DNA from: Chrysomallon squamiferum
Lineage: Eukaryota > Animalia > Mollusca
Assembly (NCBI GenBank): GCA_012295275.1
Contig: CM022671.1
Span: 4,898,001-4,962,000, forward strand
Length of the DNA stretch: 64,000 bases
Direction: 5' to 3'
The notes below the pieces were generated by a model that saw nothing but the letters and a program-made list of their open reading frames with translations, searched no databases and was not told where the DNA came from. Below, one piece after another: positions 1 to 21,107 of the stretch (within the stretch, counting starts at the first letter, position 1; each line of letters starts with the position of its first letter). The translations under genes were made by a program, and so were the position numbers.

Positions 1-1637
1 AAGAAGAAAAAACCACAAGTACATGTATAATTATTAATTCGGTTGTCAACAAAAATGTCAGGTGATAATGAAAATGTAAATTTTGGGACAAAACGTTTCA
101 TCTGTTTGTGAGGTAATAAATTTGTTATTATTTGTATTTTATTTTATTTTATTTTATTTTATGAAGACATTAAAAATTAACTGCTATTTTAATGTATCTG
201 ACAAATGTTTTGTACCAGTAATAAAACATTTTAATGAGGCAGTGAAATTATTAAAGAGCGCATATGATGATAAGAACAAAGGGCCTAATAAATTTAAATA
301 TTTCCACTTCAGTATTTTTTATTACTTTGAGAGACCTGCCACTGTTCATGACAATAAAACAATGCTGTTACAAATATGTTTAATGCCATCATTTTATTCT
401 TTTATATCTGACATCATAAAATCATTGTGTACTAGTTGGACGGACATACATACTTCAGACAATGCCTGAAGACTCAGAACAAATCAGTGATGTGATTGGT
501 ACAGAAACTGTCAGTAAGCAGATATTTTCAAACCGTTCTCTTTTGTTGTTATACTTCATTATTAGTAAAGACTGGCCAACAGAAACATGTATAATATAAC
601 AGTTGGAAATAAGAAGAATAGTTTTAGATTATTTTTCTTTGTGTCATCAAAGGAATATTTTAATGTAAGTACAATACTGTGTGCTTTGTTTTCATGAGTG
701 TTTTGAGGATTTTAGGAAATGGTTTTGATGTTGTTATGTTAAAACATTTTAACTGCACAAAAATAACTACTGTCATTGGCACTAAAATGGAGAATGTACA
801 CATTGTAAAATGATTTTTTTTTTTAATTTTAAATTTTTATATTATTATCAACTGTTATATTATTATATTTATTGGTTGTGGTTTTTGCTTTTTTATGCTT
901 TTTAACTTTTTTTAAATTTATTTTAATACTACTTTTTTTATTAAATTATTATTATTATTTATTATTATTATTTATTATTATTATTTTATTTTTTATTATT
1001 ACTATTATTTATTATCAAATGAAATAATTAATTCTACTATTTAAAAAATATATATATATAATCACTAAAGCATTATTTTTTTTTTTTAAATATGCAATAA
1101 AACAACTGGATCAGAAGTAGAAATAAGGCCTGTTATTTATTATTACTTTTTTTCTTTCTTAAATTGTTTATATGAATAAAAATATATCTTCCAACATGAA
1201 GTGCAATGAAGGAAGCATCAAAAATATCAAACACTTTATCAAAATATTGGCATATTAATTTATGTCATGATTCTTAGAAATCTATATTTTATTCAAATCA
1301 CTCTAGCACTGACCTTTAACAACTGATGCCTAACTTCATTTTTACAAAATATTTCTATATTTCCAAAAGCTGATTTAAAATTGTATCAAAACAGCTTCAC
1401 CTTGTATGTTGACAATTTAATTCAATTGTTATGGGTCGGTTTTGGGGTTCTGTTTCATTCTTTTTTTTTACTGAAATATCAATATAACATCAAAACATCC
1501 AAAATATTCTGACAATTTGAAAGTTTCTCAGTACTAAAATATTACATTAAATATTGTCTAATATTTGTAAAAATACAGGGTAAAATATTGGTTTAACTGT
1601 TTCAAAGTGTTCTAATTTTAAATAAAACTATTCTCCA

Positions 1638-2000
1638 TTCAAATTATTTTATCCTATGTTACAACAATTTTGAAATACCCAACAATTTATTACAATATTT
1701 TATAATATGACTAAAAATATTATAGTTTTAATACAACCATCTTTGTTTTCAAATTACTTATACTGTTACAACAGTGTCTAAACACTCAAAAACATCCCAT
1801 CAAATTTTTACATTGATTTATAAAATTAATAAAAATTTATTATTATATTCAAATAATTTTATCCTATATTACAACAATTTCAAAATTCCTAAGATGGCTT
1901 CCCAACAGTTTATTACAAAATTTTACAACGAAATGTAACATTTATAAAATAAATTGAATACAACTATTTTGTACTGAAATTATTTTATGCTTAAATATTC
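1638..2000. repeat. Diverged ~210-bp tandem duplication downstream of the TMEM120 stop
   Basis: ttcaaattattttatcctatgttacaacaattt (~1638) recurs as ttcaaataattttatcctatattacaacaattt (~1848), with continued similarity. Confidence 0.6.
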
Positions 2001-2206
2001 ATGAAAGATCCTAGCAATATACAATCTTTTTACAATGACACATACAGTATTTATAAAATAGCTTTGTATTCACATCCTTGTGAATGAACCCACAATTTAT
2101 ACAATATCTTACAGGTGATTTGTAATACCTATATACATCAACGTGTTAATACAAGAACTTTGTACCAAACTAACGCTGTTTTCAAACTGTAGTTACGGGT
2201 GTTTTT

Positions 2207-11321
<9,115 letters not shown>

Positions 11322-11612
11322 TTTTGCTTTGTTAATATATCCAAAACAATTTTCAAATAACCCTGTCTTGCATGTATCCAAGAATATTCTAGATATTATT
11401 GCAAGCTTTAAGACATTTTGCTTTTATGAAAACTTTCCATTAGCCATACCTCCTAAGGGAGATCACTCTTATTTAAAATCCCGTCCTGGAATTTTACTAA
11501 AATGTGGAATCACTTTTTATATGATGAAAAAAACAACGGATTTCGGTATAGAATAAAAGCATTAAATTTAGCTGAAATTAGATTTAGATTTATTTTTTAA
11601 TTTATTATTATT

Positions 11613-11614
<2 letters not shown>

Positions 11615-11689
<75 letters not shown>
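11615..11689. repeat. (GT)n microsatellite upstream of the TMEM120 ATG
   Basis: Pure GT run. Confidence 0.95.
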
Positions 11690-11690
<1 letters not shown>

Positions 11691-12541
11691 ATTTCTGAAC
11701 GAATAAATATTTCATTAATAAATAACCAACGTGCATCAGGGATGTTTAAAAAAAAAAAAAAAAAATTAAGCAATGAAATACTTTTCATTTTTTTCTTATA
11801 TCTGAAAATTATTATCATTCTTAATCAACAGTTTATATAAAAACTGTATGATACACCAAGACTTAATTATAGCTGTATGAAATCAAATAAAAATCAGATT
11901 TTTTAACTGACAAAGAAATGTTTTGTATTTGTTTTTTTGTTGGGTTTTTTGGTGTTTTTTTTTTTTTTTTTTATTTCTTTCTTTTTGTGAATTTTTATTT
12001 TTTTATTTTTGGGGAATGTTTTGGTTATGGGTTTCTTTATTTATGATTAATACTGTTGTTCTTGTTGTACTTTTTATGTGTTACTAATAAAAATTGATTG
12101 ATCATCTTATGAATATTTATAACAACAAAAACAGCAATACTACTAATAATAGTTATTAAAACATAATTAATAATAATAATAAAAAGAATGTTTTTTGTTA
12201 TTCATTTTATTATTTCCTTGTTCAAGAATTTCATCATGAAATTTCATCATTATAAACATAATTTTCAGTTACAGCATCAAATAACAATATATTAAAACTA
12301 ATAAATATATTTTTGTCTCACCACCAATATCTCCTATATATTTTTGAAAAATCTAAGTTATTTATTTCAGTGTAAAGATAATTATCATTATTCTTGGTAA
12401 TCCAAAAAAGTATTTAATTATTTTCTTATATAATAATAATAGTAATAACAATGTACAGCCTTCTGAAGATAATAATATATATGAAGATAATTGTATTATA
12501 ACAATTTTTTTTCAGTGTATAAAGACAGTGATATGACTTAC

Positions 12542-12720
12542 AGTTTTTCTATCTGTACCTGTGGTGAACAGTCCCCCAGTCAACTCATTTTCAAGTATGA
12601 ATTAATCTGTATTAGCCACTCTGAGGTGGGCAGATAACTCCTGTTCAAGTAGGAGTTATCCCATATTAGACCACCGGAGGTGGGGGTGTCATCACTCACC
12701 AGGTGACTCACTGTTGCTGC
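12542..12720 (-). other. Candidate upstream non-coding exon of TMEM120 or structured element
   Basis: GC-richer island in AT-rich DNA ending at a GTAAGT donor (12541-12536); possible acceptor CTCCCTTAG near 11454; no open frame into the CDS. Confidence 0.35.
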
Positions 12721-14376
12721 ATTTTAGGTACAGTTATGTTAATAAATTAATTATTTTTTAATATTTAAATTTAAAAAAATAAAAAAAATGTATTAAATGG
12801 TGAGAAATGATGTTTTTAAAAATAAATTAGGAAAAGGAATGATGACATTTTTTTTATAGTTTTTTCTATAGAACAGCAAAGCACCATACATTAATTTTAA
12901 AATAAAGTATTGGTTTTTGGAGGTTTTACTAAATATAGAAATTAATTAGTGGAACATAGTATAAGCCTCTAGGAGACTAGATCCCATGAACAGTCAATTC
13001 TCATTGCAAATGTCACACTAAGTTACATCCCTTTATAAACAGCAATTCAGTTGTATCTGTTATCGAAATAATTACAAATTATTGTTCTCTTTTATATCAT
13101 TGTTAGTATTATTTTAATTTTATTTAATTTTATTGTTTTAAATTTTTTATATATTTTTTTATTTATTCATTTAACACAAATTACATACATTTATAAATAA
13201 CAATTCTTTCATAATTGCAAATTATTAATTATTTTTATAGTATTGTTTATTTTGCCATTTATTTACTTATTCTCTTCAGAACATTTATTTATTTAATCTT
13301 TCTTTAAATATATTTTTACTGGTTAGTAGTACATTTTCAAACTAAATGTTTTATCTACATACAAATGTTTAATGTATTTAAGTTATTGTTAACTTTATCA
13401 CTTATTTTATTTATTTATTATTTATTTATTCATTTATTATTTACATATTTAATCATTTATCTATCTTATTTATTTAATTATTATTATTTTTATTTATTTA
13501 TTTATTTATTATTTACATATTTAATCATTTATCTATCTTATTTATTTAATTATTATTATTTTTATTTATTTATTTATTTAATTAAATGGTATCTTATAAA
13601 CATTACTCTAATGGTTGTTCCTTTTTTAATCTTTTTTTCTTCAAGTAATCATTTATTTATTTATTTATTTATTTATTTATAAATTCTTTATCATTCATGT
13701 TATAAAACAAAAGACTTTTACTTATTCTAAATTAGAAACAACAAAGAAAGAAATTGAAAAGATTAGCGGTGCACTTCTGTTCTGAGAGAAAAAGTAAAAT
13801 TTTGAAGCGTCAATCAAAAATGAAAAAATAAAAAAGTTTTTGGACGCAAATTTTGACGGTTTGCCAGAATAATGGAGATCGGACCTTTTTATTATTTTAA
13901 TGAAATATACCGAGTTTGATATGAATCCTGAATGCCAATTTTTAAATAGATTCCGATCTAGAACCACATATTTCTCACAGCAGACAGCTGATGTCTTCTC
14001 ATGTGATTTTTCATCAGGTTAAGTGTACTATAATAACAGTTATTTTAATACTAGAAAATACATTTGAGATTACTTCACTATTAGAAACTAAACTTTCTAT
14101 CAGTTTAGATGTAATGTATATGCTAGTATGATTATACATGAAAAGAGTCCTTTAATATACAAACATAAACAAATAAACCTTCCAAAAATATACACATGGA
14201 TAACTGGCCATGCCAATATAAACAAAGACATTTGGAAACTCAGTTACAAACAGACATGCATGGCATAGAAATACAAAGATGCATACATCAACATGCAAAA
14301 ACAAACATACAAAATATAAACATAAATACACTGAAAAGAAATATAAAGAGATACACAGACATACAAATATAAACAA

Positions 14377-17300
14377 CTATATACATATGAAAAGATCAAA
14401 ACAAATATAGAAACATTTAAATATAAACACAGACATCAAGAGATACAAATTTAAACACAGATCCCAAACATACAAATATAAACACAGACACCCAGACATA
14501 CAAATAGAAAAACAGACACCCAGACATACAAATACAGAGACACCCAGACATACAAATATAAAAACAGACACCCAGACATACAAATAGAAACACAGACACC
14601 CAGACATTCAAATACAAACACAGACACCCAGACATACAAATAGAAACACAGACATCCAGACATACAAATACAAACACAGATACCCAGACATACAAATATA
14701 AACACAGACACCAAGACACACAAGTATAAACACAGACACCCTGACATACAAATATGAACAGACACGTGGACATACAAACATAAACACAGAGATGTGGACA
14801 TACAAATACAAACACAGACACCCAGACATACAGATATAAACACAGACACCCAGACATACAAACACAGAGACCCAGACATGCAAATATAAACACAGACACC
14901 TGGACATACAAATATAAACACAGACACGTGGACATACAAATATAAACACAGACACACAGACATACAAATATAAACAGAGACACCCAGACATACAAATATA
15001 AACACAGACACGTGGACATACAAATATAAACACAGAGACGTTGACATACAAATATAAACACAGACACGTGGACATACAAATATAAACCCAGACACCCAGA
15101 CATACGAATATAAACACAGACACGTGGACATACAAATATTAACACACACACGTGGACATACAAATATAAACACAGACACGTGGACATACAAATACAAACA
15201 CAGACACCCTGCCATACAAATATAAACACAGACTCGTGGACAAACAAATATAAACACACACACGTGGACATACAAATATAAACACAGACACGTGGACATA
15301 CAAATATTAACACAGACACGTGGACATACAAATATTAACACACACACGAGGACATACAAATACAAACACAGACACCCAGACATACAAATATAAACACAGA
15401 CACGTGACATACAAATATAAACACAGAAACGTTGACATACAAGTAAAAACACAGACATACAAATACAAACATAGACACCCTTCCATACAAATATAAATAC
15501 AAACACGTGGACATACCAATATAAACACAGACACGTGGAGATACAAGTATAAACACAGACACCCAGACATACAAATACAAACACAGACACCCAGCCATAC
15601 AAATATAAACACAGGCACCCAGACATACAAGTATAAAAACAGACACCCAGACATACAAATGCAAACACAGACACCCAGACATACAAATAGAAACACAGAC
15701 ACACAGACATACAAATACAAACACAGACACCCAGACATACAAGTATAAAAACTGACACCCAGACATACAAATGTAAATACAGACACCCAGACATACAAAT
15801 AAAAACACAGACTCCAAGACATACACATATAAACACAGACACCCAGACATACAAATATAAACAGAGACACCCACACATACAAATACAAACACAGACACCC
15901 AGATGTACAAATACAAACACAGACACCATGACATACAAATACAAACACAGACACCCAGACACGTGGACATACAAATATAAACACAGACACCCAGACATAC
16001 AAATATAAACCGAGACACCCAGACATACAAATATAAACACAGACACGTGGACATACAAATATAAACACAGAGACGTTGACATACAAATATAAACACATAC
16101 ACGTGGACATACAAATATAAACACAGACACGTGGACATACAAATATAAACACAGACACCCAGACATACAAATATAAACCGAGACACCCAGACATACAAAT
16201 ATAAACACAGACACGTGGACATACAAATATAAACACAGAGACGTTGACATACAAATATAAACACAGACACGTGGACATACAAATATAAACACAGACACGT
16301 GGACATACAAATAGAAACACAGACACCTAGACATACAAATACAAACAGAGACACCCAGACATACAAATACAAACACAGACATCCAGACATACAAATATAA
16401 ACACAGACACCCAGACATACAACTATAAACACAGACACCCAGACATACAAATATAAAAACAGACACCCAGACATACAAATGCAAACACAGACACCCAGAT
16501 ATACAAATACAAACAGAGACACCATGACATACAAATACAAACACAGACACGTGGACATACAAATATAAACACAGACACGTGGACATACAAAATATAAACA
16601 CAGACACGTGGACATAAAAATAGAAACACAGACACCTAGACATACAAATACAAACAGAGACACCCAGACATACAAATACAAACACAGACATCCAGACATA
16701 CAAATATAAACAGAGACACCCAGACATACAACTATAAACACAGACACCCAGACATACAAGTATAAAAACAGACACCCAGACATACAAATGCAAACACAGA
16801 CACCCAGATATACAAATACAAACAGAGACACCATGACATACAAATACAAACACAGACACGTGGACATACAAATATAAACACAGACACGTGGACATACAAA
16901 TATAAACACAGACACGTGGACATAAAAATAGAAACACAGACACCTAGACATACAAATACAAACAGAGACACCCAGACATACGAATAGAAACACAGACACC
17001 CAGACATACAAATATAAACACACCCAGACATACAAGTATAAAAACAGACACCCAGACATACAAATGCAAACACAGACACCCTGACATACAAATAAAAACA
17101 CAGACTCCCAGACATACAAATATAAACACAGACACCCAGACATCCAAATACAAACACAGACACCCAGATATACAAATACAAACACAGACACCATGACATA
17201 CAAATACAAACATAGACATCCAGACACGTGGACATACAAATATAAACACAGACACGTGGACATACAAATATAAACACAGACACGTGGACATACAAATATA

Positions 17301-19100
17301 AACCGAGACACCCAGACATACAAATACAAACACAGACACGTGGACATACAAATATAAACACAGAGACGTTGACATACAAATATAAACACAGACACGTTGA
17401 CATACAAATATAAACACAGACACGTGGACATACAAATAGAAACACAGACACCTAGACATACAAATACAAACAGAGACACCCAGACATACAAATATAAAAC
17501 ACACACATGGACATACAAGTATAAAAACAGACACCCAGACATACAAATACAAACAGAGACACCCAGATATATAAATATAAACACAGACACCCAGACATAC
17601 AAATATAAACGTAGACACGTGGACATACAAATATAAACACAGACACCCAGACATACAAACATAAACACAGACACGTGGACATACAAATATAAAAACAGAC
17701 ACCCAGTAATACAAACATAAACACAGACACGAGGACATACAAATATAAGCACAGACACCCAGACACAGAAATGCAAACACAGACACCAAGACACACAAGT
17801 ATAAACACAGACACCCTGACATACAAATATGAACAGACAGGTGGACATACAAATATAAACACAGGCACGTGGACATACAAATATAAACACAGACACGTGG
17901 ACATACAAATATAAACACAGACACGTGGACATAAAAATAGAAACACAGACACCCAGACATACAAATATAAACACACCCAGACATACAAGTATAAAAACAG
18001 ACACCCAGACATACAAATGCAAACACAGACACCCTGACATACAAGTACAGACACACGCACAGATATACAAATACAAACACAGACACCCTGACATACAAAT
18101 AAAAACACAGACTCCCAGACATACAAATATAAACACAGACACCCAGACATACAAATACAAACACAAACACCCAGATATACAAATACAAACACAGACACCA
18201 TGACATACAAATACAAACACAGACATCCAGACACGTGGACATACAAATATAAACACAGACACCCAGACATACAAATATAAACACAGACACCTGGACATAC
18301 AAATATAAACACAGAGACGTTGACATACAAATATAAACACACACATGTGGACATACAAATATAAACACAGAGACGTTGACATACAAATATAAACACAGAC
18401 ACGTTGACATACAAATATAAACACAGACACGTGGACATACAAATATAAACACAGACACGTGGACATACAAATAGAAACACAGACACCTAGACATACAAAT
18501 ACAAACAGAGACACCCAGACATACAAATATAAAACACACACATGGACATACAAGTATAAAAACAGACACCCAGACATACAAATACAAACAGAGACACCCA
18601 GATATATAAATATAAACACAGACACCCAGACATACAAATATATAACACACACATGGACATACAAATTTTAAAACAGACACTCAGACATACAAACACAGAC
18701 ACCCAGATATATAAATATAAACACAGACACCCAGACATACAAATATAAACGTAGACACGTGGACATACAAATATAAACACAGGCACCCAGACATACAAAC
18801 ATAAACACAGACACGTGGACATACAAATATAAAAACAGACACCCAGTAATACAAACATAAACACAGACACGTGGACATACAAATATAAGCACAGACACCC
18901 AGACACAGAAATGCAAACACAGACACCAAGACACACAAGTATAAACACAGACACCTTGACATACAAATATGAACAGACAGGTGGACATACAAATATAAAC
19001 ACAGGCAGGTGGACATACAAATATAAACACAGACGCCTGGAAAACAGATATAAAGAAAAATATATAGACATACAAATACAAACACACATACCTGAATATA
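14377..19100. repeat. 28-bp satellite array (~4.7 kb) with higher-order blocks and decaying edges (~14150-19490)
   Basis: Unit GACATACAAATATAAACACAGACAC(CCA/GTG); rare variants recur at ~308-bp and 1140-bp spacing. Confidence 0.97.
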
Positions 19101-19749
19101 CTAATATAAACACAAATATACTGACCTAGAAATATAAACATAGATGCATGGACAAACAAATACAATGACATACATGGACATACAAATATTAACATAGATA
19201 TATAGATATTTAAATATAAACGCATGTACCTGAACACTCAAACCAAGATACATGGACATAGAAATACAAATACAGATAGTGAACTTACAATTACAAAAAC
19301 AGACGTCTGGATACAAAAATAGAAACAAATAGAAACACCCATACATGGACATACAAATATAGACAAATCTATTGGTCATACAAATATAAACACATATATA
19401 GACATAAAAATGTAACACAAGTAGAAAGAAATAAAAATATGAACATAGATTTTTGTACAGACAAATACAGAGATACATATACATATAAATACAAATTAGA
19501 TAAACCGAAGCAATTTTGTTCTTGGTGCTATTTCGTGTATGTTACGATTTTAACTTTGATTAATTTGTCTTGATCTTATAAACCTTAAGGAATTAAAGAT
19601 AGTCTTGACTCTGTAATTATTCTTACAATTATTCTAATAGTGTCTACCATTTCTCATGTATAATCTATAATCTAGAACATGTTATTTTTACCTTAAATAT
19701 ACGAACTTTAACAAGCGAAAAACCACATGTGAGCGTCTACAGCTGTCCA

Positions 19750-19860
19750 CAGTGACGTAAATGTATTATTGACGTCATATTGTCTTTCGGAATTCCTCGG
19801 TTAATTTCGTCTGTCGGGGAGATTTCTATATATAAAAACATCACGACAACATCAGTAATA
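19750..19860 (+). promoter_or_regulatory. Candidate core promoter of the Cys-loop receptor gene
   Basis: TGACGTAA 19753-19760; perfect CRE TGACGTCA 19770-19777; GGAATTCC 19789-19796; kappaB-like GGGGAGATTTC 19816-19826; TATATATAAAA from 19827; Inr-like TCAGT 19852-19856 about 27 nt after the TATA start; CpGs retained locally. Confidence 0.5.
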
Positions 19861-21107
19861 ATAATACCTGATATATATATATGGTAAATGGCTTAATATT
19901 TTATCTAGTCTATATTATTTGTATTTCTTAATACGCCTTTGTCGAGAATGCTCGTCCGCTATCTCGCAGTCAAAATGATGATCCTTGTGTATATATTGCA
20001 AAATGAGAACAAAAAATGTTACGTTATTTACGGATTTAATACTGTTTACAGTAATATACACAGCAGTATAATTTTTTAAAGTATCGCATTATTTTGTTCT
20101 CACGAAAAGCGAACAAGGACTGTGCTTAAGGCGTTTATATACGCATGCGAGTGAGAGGCCGAAAACTTTTACATAATGAGACCAGTCACCTTCTTTCTTC
20201 TTCTTCTTTTTCTTCTTCTTTAATTTATTTCTTTATATTCTTATCAACCCTGTTTTAAAGTTCTTAATAATGATGTCATAATTACATCTGTAAATCAGGA
20301 AAGTAGCAACGTCCATATTTTCATACTTCATTATTAATAAAGATTTGTGGCCCATAATAAATAAATATAAGAACAATCACCTGGAAGTCTACAGTAAATT
20401 ATTAACGCTGTTTGTTCACAGCTCAGTGGAAACTTTATAAAAAAAAATGTTTTTATTAAAAAATTATTTAAAAACTATCAGTGACATTTAATTGAAAGTG
20501 ACGAGATAAATATCATTAATGAATCTAATATTAAACGAGATTTAATTCCCTGAACAGTCATCCTTTTTTCAGTTGATGTTATCTGCATAATATCGCTCTT
20601 GTGACCAATCAGTTTGAATGGCATTCTGAAACATCTCGCAGTACAATTAGCTGTATCGACTAAATAGCTGGCGAATCTGTCGCCCTTTTGGCAGTAAATC
20701 TCAGATTAATATTTGAGATAAAAAAACAAACAATTTGCTGATATGTTTTGATGTACAGAATCCGGAACAGAACAACAGGTAGACTCATGTCCGTACTGTG
20801 TTACTGAAACATTAACAATTCGGAGAATACCTGGATTAACTTTTACAGGTAATTATTCACAGATGTACAGGAAACAATACGGATTCAGTTGTTGTTCTTC
20901 TTCTTCTTTTAGAAATGGACGAATATACAATTTCACACATTAGCAATAATCTGGATTAATTCTTCCACTAAAGAAAATATTTTAAGTTTTTAAAAATCGG
21001 TATTTATCCAGATCCGTTTCTCCAGCAAAGAAAATGTTCGAGGTTAACAGGATTTTTTCTCCGCAGCTATCGGGACTGTTTTTACATGTAATATTTTAAA
21101 TGGTGCC

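Noticed and set aside
83-469. 128-aa plus-strand ORF at the window start
   Set aside because: TTG start, AT-rich low-complexity composition, no motif; more like UTR or intergenic DNA.
14417-19237. Very long minus-strand ORFs (up to 1109 aa, C/V/Y/L-rich)
   Set aside because: They are translations of the 28-bp satellite, open in all three frames because the unit lacks stops; no domain or coding signal.
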